Source: a virus
Lineage: Duplodnaviria > Caudoviricetes
IMG/VR virus record: IMGVR_UViG_3300035696_000004
Location: 32,001 to 96,000 of that record
Reading direction: 5' to 3' (one strand)
Length of the DNA stretch: 64,000 nucleotides
Shown piece after piece: positions 29,859 to 39,230 of the stretch (the first letter of the stretch is position 1; each line of letters begins with the position of its first letter). The notes beneath the pieces are model-generated. The model saw only the letters and a program-made list of their open reading frames with translations, did no database searches and was not told where the DNA came from. The position numbers and the translations under genes are program-made.

Positions 29859-31256
29859 ATGAATGGCGATCCTCACACCAAGGTCATACCGCCTTCCATG
29901 GCGTTTGTTTACTACCTCCCGGTAGAAGATGAAGAGAAAAAGCACAACACTTACATCCTCAAAGGGTTGAATGACGGGCATACGTTGCTCAATGATCTTC
30001 ACCAAGCCCTTGAGAACTTGGGATCGTTGTCGAATGCGATCAAACAAGAAGGTCGACTGACGACGGAACTCGCGCTGGAATCGGAGTTGGTCCTGGGAAG
30101 CAACTCGCTTCTTTCGTCGCACTTTGCAGCGGGTACGCAAAGCGAAAAGTACAAGGCAGCCCTGGAGTCCATCAACGGCGGGATCGCCGCAGGATTGGTG
30201 GCTATCTTTGCTGCAATGGCTGCTCTGATCGTGAAAATGATCAAGTGGTTACGTCACCGACACAGCAGCTCGGAATTTCAAGGTTCGACCGAACAGATCA
30301 AGCACGTCGAAGATATTCTGGGATCTCAGGAATTACAGAAAGCTATCCCGGCGTCGATCGATAAACTGGTCGAAGAAGGTATCAATGGTGGCGGGATTGG
30401 GACGGAAGATTTCCGGATGGTGCCGGATGACCAACTCAAGACGATCTACCAAGGCTACATCGAATCCTTGTCTGATCCGGAAGTCGACTTCTTGACATCC
30501 GGTCACCGTTATACTGCCATCAAGGAAGCGATTGGTGAGTTCTCTGCCGGCCACTTCCCGGAATACGTGAAAGGTGTCGATACGGACATCACGAAATGGA
30601 TGTTGGAGGTCTTTCAAAAGACCCGAAACGTCGGTCGGGATGAAGACATCGTGGAGGAATTTGTTCAGGAGCAGAAATCTGAACTGGGTGAACTGAAGTC
30701 GAAGTATCGGCGTCACGAAGAAACGATCGAGAAGCTGAGCAAGAAATACGTCAACTTCCCGCCATCTCGAAACACGAGCTCGTTGCAGCGGTTCCTTGTG
30801 AAACCCAGCACCCTATTCCCGGAGCTGGAGAACCTCTGGAAGGCGATGCGGTTCGAACAGGTGAGTCAGGATGACCGGAAACTCCTCGCGACGCTGGAGG
30901 ACTTCCAACGCCGCATTGAACGGGATATCACGCACTTCAAGAATCGGCGTGATAGCGGTGAGACGACGTGGCCTGCCGAGATTGCAGCATTGAATCTGGC
31001 CAAGAGCGTGCATGAAGAAATCTTGGAATCGGTGGTAGGTCTTGTAAAGATCGCTGCTTTCATTCAAGACTCTTCGATTCTGGCGTACCATGCTACAAAG
31101 AAATCATTCGGATACATCATCCGAATCCTCTCGATTATCGTCAAGAACCCCAAAGTGGATCGCGACGAAATCAAAACCTGCCTCGACAAAATCCAAAAGA
31201 AGCGCAAGGAGCTCATGGATGTCTTAGGCGTAGACGAAGAAGGAGTGCAACAATGA
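29859..31256 (+). CDS. internal head (ejection-type) protein, paralog 1
   Basis: ALE motifs, then an amphipathic/hydrophobic helix ending in W (ALES..GIAAGLVAIFAAMAALIVKMIKW); start re-assigned to 29859. Confidence 0.75.
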   Translation: MNGDPHTKVIPPSMAFVYYLPVEDEEKKHNTYILKGLNDGHTLLNDLHQALENLGSLSNAIKQEGRLTTELALESELVLGSNSLLSSHFAAGTQSEKYKAALESINGGIAAGLVAIFAAMAALIVKMIKWLRHRHSSSEFQGSTEQIKHVEDILGSQELQKAIPASIDKLVEEGINGGGIGTEDFRMVPDDQLKTIYQGYIESLSDPEVDFLTSGHRYTAIKEAIGEFSAGHFPEYVKGVDTDITKWMLEVFQKTRNVGRDEDIVEEFVQEQKSELGELKSKYRRHEETIEKLSKKYVNFPPSRNTSSLQRFLVKPSTLFPELENLWKAMRFEQVSQDDRKLLATLEDFQRRIERDITHFKNRRDSGETTWPAEIAALNLAKSVHEEILESVVGLVKIAAFIQDSSILAYHATKKSFGYIIRILSIIVKNPKVDRDEIKTCLDKIQKKRKELMDVLGVDEEGVQQ

Positions 31257-32704
31257 GTTTGCTTCATATGGCGTTAGAGGCTGAAGAACTGACGATCGTC
31301 GAAGAATGCCCTATCACGGATGAACACATCAGTGAAGTTTCGGCAATTCTGCATCAATCAGAAGCTCTGGAGGCACTTCGAGATCGACTTCTTCAAAGAC
31401 AAACGTTGGAAAAATCGGTGGCACTCGAGTCGTATAGACTGCTCGGCAACGAAACTGTCGTCGACGCGTTTTACACGGGCGATCAATCACAATCGTACCG
31501 TGTCGCCCTTGAAGGTATTGTCGGTGGAATTATGTCGGCAGTGACGGGCGCTATCTCGAAAGTCATCGAGCTGATAGGCCGATTCATCAGCTGGGTTTTC
31601 GGTGGCAGCGGTAGTAACGGGGATGGGGTTTCGTCGTCGTCGGCGGCTAGCCAGGTAACTCCAGCGGAATGGAAAGCTGCTGAAAAGAGTCTTCAAGACG
31701 TCAATCGAGCTACTCCCAAAAACACAATCGTTGGAGCGGGCCCTGAAGAAACCTCTCGGCGTGATGCTGCTTTCGCAAAAGCAGCAAAACCCGCGGAACA
31801 AACCAAAAAGAAAGCGGAGGATTTAACCGCCGAGTTAAAATCCAACAAGGAAAAATTCTATCGTAGTCTCGCGGCACATGAAGTTTGGTTGGGATATAAG
31901 ACGGGGTCTGAATACCCAGCGCAAATAATCGGTGCGTTGAAAAAACCAAATATCTTCAAACGCCCCCTCGACACGATTGTTTCTGACTTTATCAAAAGCA
32001 TCAAGGCTTTTAACTCGGAAATGGTCGGCAAGATCAAAGAAACCGATCCGGCTGATTTCAAGAAGCATGCCGATGAAGAGTTCTTGAAAATAGCCGACAC
32101 GTTTAAAAACGAGACGGGTGTGGAACTAACCGGTAATTTCGCAGAGACGACCTCTCCATTCGGAGATATTAATGCGTTGCTGAACTATACGGGACCAAAA
32201 ACCGAATTCAACAACACCGAAGAACTTCTGGTAAATCTCGAAGCTCTTGGCTCGAAACTTCCGCACCCGGGGGATTTTCCGATCTCTGACCACCTCAAGA
32301 CAAATCTTGAGGAACTTCAGGATAGTCTTCATGCGTTGTCGAAACACATCGACGAGGATATCGCCGGGGACTTGTACGAAAATTCACCGAATACTCGGTC
32401 CAGTCAAATGTGGGTCAAAAACCTTATTCAAAGGGAGAATGATTACATTCTGCGGATCGTGGTGTTCCTTCGGCATGTCATTCTCACGCATCACGAGTGC
32501 AGCCGTATTTATCTCGGTGCGATTCGAATCACGATGAAAGTGCTCGAGTGGCAAATTCGTGATTGCAATGCTGTCCTCAGGGATAAATCTGATCTTCCTC
32601 CTGAGAGAGTTACCGAAGTCGAAAACATCAAAGCAGGGTCTTCCGAAGGCATTAAAGGCTTGAAAGAGGTCTTTGCACGTAAACGCCGGGGAGTCTTTTC
32701 TTAA
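31253..32704 (+). CDS. internal head protein, paralog 2
   Basis: MALE, VALE and VALEG..ISKVIELIGRFISW; ATGA overlap with the previous gene. Confidence 0.75.
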   Translation: MSLLHMALEAEELTIVEECPITDEHISEVSAILHQSEALEALRDRLLQRQTLEKSVALESYRLLGNETVVDAFYTGDQSQSYRVALEGIVGGIMSAVTGAISKVIELIGRFISWVFGGSGSNGDGVSSSSAASQVTPAEWKAAEKSLQDVNRATPKNTIVGAGPEETSRRDAAFAKAAKPAEQTKKKAEDLTAELKSNKEKFYRSLAAHEVWLGYKTGSEYPAQIIGALKKPNIFKRPLDTIVSDFIKSIKAFNSEMVGKIKETDPADFKKHADEEFLKIADTFKNETGVELTGNFAETTSPFGDINALLNYTGPKTEFNNTEELLVNLEALGSKLPHPGDFPISDHLKTNLEELQDSLHALSKHIDEDIAGDLYENSPNTRSSQMWVKNLIQRENDYILRIVVFLRHVILTHHECSRIYLGAIRITMKVLEWQIRDCNAVLRDKSDLPPERVTEVENIKAGSSEGIKGLKEVFARKRRGVFS

Positions 32705-33978
32705 TGGACACCTCACTCAAACAGGATTGGGATACGGTACTGGTTCTTGAGTCAGAGATCACCCACTTGGTTGAGTTGTCAAAAGAAATCAAAGGGGACA
32801 GCGGTTTGACGCAAGAGATCGCGTTTGAATCCGAAGTCCTCTTTGGTGACAACTCACTTCTCAACACGTATTTCTCTTCTGTACCGTCCTCAGTGAAACA
32901 GCAAGCCGCACTGGAGGCGCTCGGGAAAGGTGTCTGGACCGCTATCATTGCTGGGTTGGTCGCCCTCGTAGCGATCTTCACAAAGCTCTGGAAATGGATA
33001 CGCGGGGATTCGCAAGATTCTCCTGGATCGCATTTCCTATCGGAAACCGCCATCAAAGAACTGGAAAAAGAATCGAATGACATCGCCATGCACTCGGTTC
33101 CTCTCTCGGACTTGATGCGGGAACCAAATGATTCGATAGGAGCGGCTGCTCACGCCATGATTCAGAAAGGAGAACATGATGGTGTTCTCTTGAAGCCTTC
33201 TCCTGAACATGGCGACTTCATGATCAATGGCCCGTACTTTGTTGCACACCATCAGGCGATTGCGACACTCAGAACGCTCAAGTTATCGAGGACGTTGTCT
33301 GATTGCGTACAGCTGGTGGACACGTGGGACAGTCGGACAGTCAACCATAATCAGGAGGCGCTCGAGAAAGAGTATGCGATGTTAGCTTCACATGCATCGG
33401 CTATCGATGGTCACGTGGAAACACTACACTCGAGTATCGTCCAAGCCCTGGCAAAGGCAGAATCGACCCTCGTGACACCGGAAACGATTGATGAAATGGT
33501 TCATCGTGCCAATGTCAATCTCACAGCTCTCAATATCGGTGACATCGGTAAAGAGAAAGGTGACATTCGGGATAAACTCGGGATCGTAACGGAGCGCCTT
33601 TCCAAGAAAGTTGGATCGCTGGATTCAGCGGCCAAACTGGAAGCCGGTAAGATGTTTGAAGATGGTGCTGAAGCGGATAGCGTGTTACGCGCTAAGCACT
33701 ATCACGCTGCCGTCGCTAAGGTAGCCTCCACCTCGACAAAGATGCTGCATCTCTTTAACGAACTGGATCGTTACTTCTTATCGGGTATTGCAGCGATCGT
33801 AGAACTCCACCAACATCGTATCAAGTGGGCAGAGTCAGCGATCAGTGAATCCGGTGCTGATGCACAGGCGCAAGCCAAAGCCAGAAAGAAATGGGCAGCG
33901 TACAAGGCGCAGTTGGCGACATTCAAGAAGAATATCGTTGACAATACCGGCGACAATGCCAAGAAAAAAAGAAAGTAG
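32704..33978 (+). CDS. internal head protein, paralog 3
   Basis: AFE, ALEAL..AIIAGLVALVAIFTKLWKW; TAATG overlap. Confidence 0.75.
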   Translation: MDTSLKQDWDTVLVLESEITHLVELSKEIKGDSGLTQEIAFESEVLFGDNSLLNTYFSSVPSSVKQQAALEALGKGVWTAIIAGLVALVAIFTKLWKWIRGDSQDSPGSHFLSETAIKELEKESNDIAMHSVPLSDLMREPNDSIGAAAHAMIQKGEHDGVLLKPSPEHGDFMINGPYFVAHHQAIATLRTLKLSRTLSDCVQLVDTWDSRTVNHNQEALEKEYAMLASHASAIDGHVETLHSSIVQALAKAESTLVTPETIDEMVHRANVNLTALNIGDIGKEKGDIRDKLGIVTERLSKKVGSLDSAAKLEAGKMFEDGAEADSVLRAKHYHAAVAKVASTSTKMLHLFNELDRYFLSGIAAIVELHQHRIKWAESAISESGADAQAQAKARKKWAAYKAQLATFKKNIVDNTGDNAKKKRK

Positions 33979-33979
33979 C

Positions 33980-34016
33980 CATAGCCCCAGAGAGCCTAGG
34001 CTCTCTGGGGCGTATG
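33980..34016. terminator. hairpin between convergent blocks
   Basis: GCCCCAGAGAGC-CTAG-GCTCTCTGGGGC flanked by CATA and TATG. Confidence 0.8.
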
Positions 34017-34022
34017 ACGCTA

Positions 34023-34415
34023 TTAGTTCAAGATATCGTAGAAAAGAACATCGATCACCATGGCGCGGCCGCGATGATCAGTGACCGGTATGGCGACCGC
34101 GTTGGCCTCAAGGCGGACTCTGTTATAAAAACTACTGTCGGGACGAAAAGTGATGTTATCGCTGAAAGCAACATCACCGATATCCGAACTTGTTGGGATA
34201 CGCGTAAGTCCGAGGTCGAGGAGCTCGTCATAAACGGCATCGCTGATCATAGCGCAGAAATGACTCTCCGACGGAAGACCAGCCGGAATCTTCGGGTTTC
34301 TCCGATCCAGCAAAATGTCCACCAAATAAGGTGAGTAGATAATCGGCGGTGTATCGCCGCTATCAAGGAAGTTGGAGATGCGTTTGTAGAGTTTGGCAAT
34401 TTGTTCTTTGGTCAT
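34023..34415 (-). CDS. hypothetical protein
   Basis: Start re-assigned to MTKEQ (34415). Confidence 0.6.
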   Translation of the reverse strand: MTKEQIAKLYKRISNFLDSGDTPPIIYSPYLVDILLDRRNPKIPAGLPSESHFCAMISDAVYDELLDLGLTRIPTSSDIGDVAFSDNITFRPDSSFYNRVRLEANAVAIPVTDHRGRAMVIDVLFYDILN

Positions 34416-34440
34416 GATAGACAGACTTTCTTGAGTGAGG

Positions 34441-34833
34441 TCAGTTTTCGAAGACGCGGTAGTTGATGTTGACGTGACCGTAGTACGGGTCGACATGGAT
34501 ATATTTCGTTTTAAAATCATCCGGCCAAGACTCCTCAAAATCCGGCCCCTTCAAAATAGCCAACGCCTTACCGAATATAACGGCGTTGTGAGGTGTTCCG
34601 CGGAGGTCGAAAGACTCCTCGATGAACCCCCACTTGAGGAGATCATCGTAGAAACAGGACTTAATCCAGATCGGGAGGACAGAGATGTCCTCTTCGAGAG
34701 TTTCGCGCTCGGGGTATGGCGTATTAAGAAGATGAGCTGCTTCCGGGCTGTCAATGACGGAAGCGCAATATCCGTCATCGCGAAGCAGGTTGTGGAGGCG
34801 TTGATGCAGTTGGACGACATGTTCGGTTTTCAT
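34441..34833 (-). CDS. hypothetical protein
   Basis: 130-aa ORF co-directional with its neighbours. Confidence 0.65.
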   Translation of the reverse strand: MKTEHVVQLHQRLHNLLRDDGYCASVIDSPEAAHLLNTPYPERETLEEDISVLPIWIKSCFYDDLLKWGFIEESFDLRGTPHNAVIFGKALAILKGPDFEESWPDDFKTKYIHVDPYYGHVNINYRVFEN

Positions 34834-34906
34834 GGTATTCTTTCATGTGATCATAAAGGGCGGCTCGAAAGCCGTCCGATGTTTGGTTGTCTTAAAACTG
34901 AAAGAA

Positions 34907-35860
34907 TCACGGAGCCATCGGGTCGTGGTTCAATCCAGAAAACGGATGCATGGAAGCCGCGCCACTGCATCCGCCCCAAACGGGAGGGAAGTCGATGAAT
35001 CCCGCTTCATCACCATTGGAATCATCGGAATAGTCAAAGAAGTCGCTTTCCGAAGCCCAGTATTCGGCTTCCTTCTTCAGGAGTTCTTTCTTGGGAGTGA
35101 TGAAACGATTGGCATTCTGCTTCGCCCATCGCCGGAAGCGTTTCTTGTTGATGCGGTATCGGGGCACTTGACATGTCATGCCCATGAAGTCGGGTATATC
35201 CGGCGATGACCTCATCTCGATCGTCACGATGCCGAGCTTTTTCAGCGTTTCCACGATAGCTTCAACGTCCCAGACCAATCCGGGGTTGTTTCGGAAAGTC
35301 ACCTGTGAAAGATAGGTCTCGACGAAGATTTCCGGGCCACGCACGTAATGAACGTTTCGACTCGGCGTTGAGTGAAACCAAACGACGAATTGTTTCTTAC
35401 TCTGAGAATAGCGCCGACCATTGTACCGTACAAGACCATAATTCCTCAACAGCGGAATCACATCCCGACGGATATGCTCCCCGACCCGTTTCGGATTGAA
35501 GATCGTACCGTCCCCAACAATTTTTTTGACAATGGGCGCGGTGCCGTCCCAGCGGCCAACAAACTCGACAGCGAAGTCCGTATTAACAGCTGAGCCTATC
35601 GGGATCGTTTGTTTTTCGGGGGAGTCGGATACCAACAAGTCATCGAAGAGCTGTTCGAGTCCTTTTTCGTCAGCATCGGCCGTGTTCGGGGCTTCACGCC
35701 AGATGAAGTCGACAACATAGCTGTCAACACCGTTTGCTGTCACGCCCGCGACGCATCCCAGGAACGGCTCTTGGGGAGAGTGTGTCGGCCCTACATGGAA
35801 ACGCCAGATATCGCCATGGCGAAAGACTTCAGGCGGGAAAAAGGTTTCTTTGGTCGTCAT
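34907..35860 (-). CDS. hypothetical protein (FPPEVFR.GD.W family, copy 1)
   Basis: N-terminal motif shared with the upstream ORF; ATGA overlap. Confidence 0.7.
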   Translation of the reverse strand: MTTKETFFPPEVFRHGDIWRFHVGPTHSPQEPFLGCVAGVTANGVDSYVVDFIWREAPNTADADEKGLEQLFDDLLVSDSPEKQTIPIGSAVNTDFAVEFVGRWDGTAPIVKKIVGDGTIFNPKRVGEHIRRDVIPLLRNYGLVRYNGRRYSQSKKQFVVWFHSTPSRNVHYVRGPEIFVETYLSQVTFRNNPGLVWDVEAIVETLKKLGIVTIEMRSSPDIPDFMGMTCQVPRYRINKKRFRRWAKQNANRFITPKKELLKKEAEYWASESDFFDYSDDSNGDEAGFIDFPPVWGGCSGAASMHPFSGLNHDPMAP

Positions 35861-36594
35861 TTTGATATCTCCTCGTCGAGCTGATCCAGATAGGTGTAAT
35901 AAAGTTGCATTTCACGAGCACGATCTTCTCGCTCGAGTCTCACCAGTGTGGACTCGGAAACCAGCATTCGGTTGATATTCTGACTCAGCCACTGGTAGAA
36001 GCGGGCCTTTTTGGCTTTCGATCCAGACCAGTAAATGTCGTTTGCAAAGAGGCCGGCAGCCTTCGCTTTTTCCGAGAGGCGCTCGAAGTCAATTCTGTGC
36101 AGCGTACTGAGCGCATCGAGATCCCGCCGCTTGTGTTTGATAAAGTCCGACACCATCCGCCAGAGCAAGGTTTCCTCGTAATACCAGTAGCTGTCAAAAC
36201 TTCGAGGGATGCGCGTGGAGTCCTCCAGGAGATACGTTCCGAACGTTTCCGGAGGGAGCTGACGTATCCGAGTGATAAATTTCACGGGGACCGGAAAGTC
36301 CAACATGCGACCTACGAAACGGGTCGCCCAACGGATGTTGGTAGTGGTTTGCGACTGCCTCGCCTCGTGGTCGTTTTTGAAATATACAAACCCTTCTTTT
36401 CGGTGGTTCTGGGTCCAAAGGAATTGCACGAGATAATTCTCCCGATCAATTCGGATGACTTTATCGACACAGCCCAGAAAGCTACCGATGCTGGTGCCGA
36501 AGACAACGAAAGCCCAGACGTCGCCACGTCTGAAGACTTCCGGGGGAAAGCGTCCTTTTGATTTCTTTTGAGGGCGCAGGCGCTGGATAGACAT
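35857..36594 (-). CDS. hypothetical protein (FPPEVFR.GD.W family, copy 2)
   Basis: Paralog of the 34907 ORF; RBS AAGGAG. Confidence 0.7.
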   Translation of the reverse strand: MSIQRLRPQKKSKGRFPPEVFRRGDVWAFVVFGTSIGSFLGCVDKVIRIDRENYLVQFLWTQNHRKEGFVYFKNDHEARQSQTTTNIRWATRFVGRMLDFPVPVKFITRIRQLPPETFGTYLLEDSTRIPRSFDSYWYYEETLLWRMVSDFIKHKRRDLDALSTLHRIDFERLSEKAKAAGLFANDIYWSGSKAKKARFYQWLSQNINRMLVSESTLVRLEREDRAREMQLYYTYLDQLDEEISK

Positions 36595-36619
36595 TTGTGT
36601 ACTCCTTTATTAATGGGGA

Positions 36620-37045
36620 TCATTCTTCAGCCAATAACCCAAGTAGTCGGTTTTGAAGGATTTCGATGACTTCTTTGTCTTCGGGTCGACCCATTACTTG
36701 GAGCTGGTGCAGGATCGTCTTGAGCGAGTAGACCCACACATCACACATGGCCCGCTCGTAATCCTCCGACATGATGGCGTTCGGGTGGTATGTCAGATGA
36801 AGTCGGATGTCTTTCGAAAATTGAACAACCTTATGGCCGTTATAGTCGGCCAGATCGAACTGGTTCATTTTGAGGATGTGTTCGAACATGCACGGGGCGA
36901 CCTCAATCTCCAGGCACGTAGCCTCGTTCAAAACACCATGAAAAACGCAGGCGGCTTCGCCACTGACGATAGCGTCCGAGGTCACTTCGATACTCAAGAG
37001 AGTGCAGAAACGATCGTAGAGGTTAAGCAATTCAGTTTTGGTCAT
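36620..37045 (-). CDS. hypothetical protein, possibly nucleotidyltransferase-like
   Basis: VSGEAACVFHG....LEIEV loosely resembles an NTase motif; RBS AAAGGA. Confidence 0.6.
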   Translation of the reverse strand: MTKTELLNLYDRFCTLLSIEVTSDAIVSGEAACVFHGVLNEATCLEIEVAPCMFEHILKMNQFDLADYNGHKVVQFSKDIRLHLTYHPNAIMSEDYERAMCDVWVYSLKTILHQLQVMGRPEDKEVIEILQNRLLGLLAEE

Positions 37046-37099
37046 GGTAAATCCTTTCTTAGAAATGAATGATGCGGATGACTACGCAATGTCATTCCA

Positions 37100-37123
37100 A
37101 TTATATATTCTTGAAATATTCTA
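37100..37123 (-). promoter_or_regulatory. early-type promoter variant
   Basis: Minus strand TAGAATATTTCAAGAATATATAAT. Confidence 0.6.
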
Positions 37124-37125
37124 GG

Positions 37126-37611
37126 TTACATCGAATACATCCGACCCATGATGTCTGCAAAAGTCTCTTCTTCAACTTTGACAGTCGGTTTGTCAATCAT
37201 CCGACCGCACTGTGAGATTTCTTTGAGCTTGACTTCCCCGTTCCGAATGAGTGTTCGAAAGTCTACCCATCCTACCGGTGCTGCACCCGAATGCACCGTC
37301 ACCCGCACGATTCCCTCTTCCCCTGAACGCTTGGCTTCTCGAACGACTTCGATAGAGAAGACGAGAGAATCAAACTTCCCCTCGTTGTAATGCTTCTCCA
37401 TCAATTCTGCTGTTTCAGCTTTATGCGTCGTGGTTTGATCGAGGACCCAATTACTCTTGGGGGAGTAATGCATCGTGTCCCAGACGATGCTCAGGAAGTG
37501 ATACTTCATGGCAGTACGCCACACACCAGTGTTGAGAGAAGTCGCTCCCAAAGCCTTCAGGAGGGCGTCTATGGCGATTCTTTTGTCCAATACACGGTTC
37601 AGGTATTTCAT
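37126..37611 (-). CDS. hypothetical protein
   Basis: 161-aa ORF with RBS GGGAG. Confidence 0.65.
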   Translation of the reverse strand: MKYLNRVLDKRIAIDALLKALGATSLNTGVWRTAMKYHFLSIVWDTMHYSPKSNWVLDQTTTHKAETAELMEKHYNEGKFDSLVFSIEVVREAKRSGEEGIVRVTVHSGAAPVGWVDFRTLIRNGEVKLKEISQCGRMIDKPTVKVEEETFADIMGRMYSM

Positions 37612-37674
37612 TTTTGTATACTCCCTGGTCTATCTCCTCTGAAAGGAAATAAAAAATAAATCAATGATGCCCGA

Positions 37675-37995
37675 TTACTTGAAGAGCTTGAAGAAGTCGT
37701 CATTCTCTTCTTCAAACGCTTTATTGATCGTGTATTTATACCGGGATGTAAATCGACGTTCACCGCGCGAAGCCCAAGTATGCGGACGAATAACGGTTGC
37801 CGGTTCATGGAGCCGGCTGATACAACCAATCTTCAACATGGCGTTGAGATCACTTTGCGCCGTACTGGTCGGTGTCGAAGATTTCATGTAGAACTTTTCA
37901 CCCAGGAACCGGGCCGTAAAACTCTCGTCGCTGTTCTCTTTCAGGAAAGTATAGAGGGCAAAACGTCGGGCTTGTACTTGTCTGTGCGTACTCAT
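37675..37995 (-). CDS. winged-helix-like DNA-binding protein
   Basis: LYTFL....FTARFLGEKF...AQSDLNAM.K.G.I.R wHTH pattern. Confidence 0.55.
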   Translation of the reverse strand: MSTHRQVQARRFALYTFLKENSDESFTARFLGEKFYMKSSTPTSTAQSDLNAMLKIGCISRLHEPATVIRPHTWASRGERRFTSRYKYTINKAFEEENDDFFKLFK

Positions 37996-38016
37996 TATTT
38001 TCTTTCAGCTGTTATA

Positions 38017-38044
38017 GAGCTCTGAGGCAAACGCCTCAGAGCTC
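38017..38044 (-). terminator. hairpin
   Basis: GAGCTCTGAGGC-AAAC-GCCTCAGAGCTC. Confidence 0.7.
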
Positions 38045-38052
38045 GTGTGATG

Positions 38053-38328
38053 TCAAGGTGTCTTTATCGAATACTGATACTTCATTTTTCGAACGTACGG
38101 TTTACCTTCCGGGTTCTTGCAATGTTTCACATGAACCGCCGGTGTCCGGACCACGACACCCTGATCAACCATGGCCGATAGGTCGGACCATAATGCAGAA
38201 GGGCGATCGTACCCCAAGAACAAACACAGTTCATCAGAAAAGAATTGACGTCCTTTGTTCTTCGAGAGGTACTGCCGTAAAACATCCCTTCTCTGTTCAG
38301 CCTTCTTGGCGATTAGGAAAGTCGCCAT
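38053..38328 (-). CDS. winged-helix-like protein, paralog of the 37675 ORF
   Basis: LRQYL....FFSDELC..LWSDLSAMV..G.V.R; C-terminal KYQYSI versus KYTI. Confidence 0.55.
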   Translation of the reverse strand: MATFLIAKKAEQRRDVLRQYLSKNKGRQFFSDELCLFLGYDRPSALWSDLSAMVDQGVVVRTPAVHVKHCKNPEGKPYVRKMKYQYSIKTP

Positions 38329-38334
38329 GCAGAC

Positions 38335-38826
38335 TTAGACCGGGTCAGTGGACTTTTCTTCGGCTTCCGGCGTCGACTCTTGGTCGAACCGATCTTCAGC
38401 GTCATCGAGCTTTTTACGCATTTCATCTTCCAGGGCTTGCAGAGCAGCCGCACGGTCTGCACCTTCTTCAGCCGGGATGAAGATTTCCTTGCCGACTTGG
38501 AAGTCAGTCGGAACGACGCCGCCGTTGGCCAGGGTTGCACGAATCAGATCTTCGGAGATTTCAGTATCGGTCGGTACCGACACAGCGATTTCGGGGTCAT
38601 CAATCTTTTCGGCTTTGGCGAAGAGCGGATCGACCGGAAGCTTTTCAGCCGAAGCGAAGGCCTTTTGCATGGCCATGACAGCGATCATGCCGCGCTGAGT
38701 CATGCGGGACAGACCAGCACGGGGATTGACAGTGACCGGTGCTTCACCGGCTTCGGTGACCGTTTTCAGAGCAGCAGCTTGTTCTTTGCGATGTTCGAAC
38801 GAACCGCGGAGTTTGGCTTGACCCAT
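38335..38826 (-). CDS. hypothetical protein (MGQAKLRGSFE N-terminal peptide)
   Basis: Strong codon bias; the N-terminal motif is recalled from small phage proteins. Confidence 0.7.
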   Translation of the reverse strand: MGQAKLRGSFEHRKEQAAALKTVTEAGEAPVTVNPRAGLSRMTQRGMIAVMAMQKAFASAEKLPVDPLFAKAEKIDDPEIAVSVPTDTEISEDLIRATLANGGVVPTDFQVGKEIFIPAEEGADRAAALQALEDEMRKKLDDAEDRFDQESTPEAEEKSTDPV

Positions 38827-38849
38827 TTTTTTCATTCCTTGATTTGGTG

Positions 38850-39230
38850 TTACGCGAGTTTGATAAAGGTGTCGAGTATAGCGTCGACTAGCATTCGAAC
38901 GAGGACGGCGACGAGGGCGTACCCAGCAATAGGAAAGTGCCTCGTGATCAACGCAAGGAAGCCCGCCAGTAACAACATCTTGATGATTTCTGTGCTTTCC
39001 CTCACGAAGTCGCCCGTTTTGGTGTTGATGTGAAACCGGCTATTGCGAACTTGAACTTTCCGAACGAAAGCCCGTACCGCAACAAAGCAGATCCAATCAC
39101 ACCGGAGAAAGAGCAATGAACCCAGTGTCAGCACCCAAAGTACAGCACTGACACTGATGTCGATCATGAGCAGGCATCTGACCACTTGATCGATGTACCC
39201 GATAACATCAGAAAAGACCATGGTGATCAT
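38850..39230 (-). CDS. membrane protein
   Basis: 2-3 hydrophobic segments. Confidence 0.6.
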   Translation of the reverse strand: MITMVFSDVIGYIDQVVRCLLMIDISVSAVLWVLTLGSLLFLRCDWICFVAVRAFVRKVQVRNSRFHINTKTGDFVRESTEIIKMLLLAGFLALITRHFPIAGYALVAVLVRMLVDAILDTFIKLA

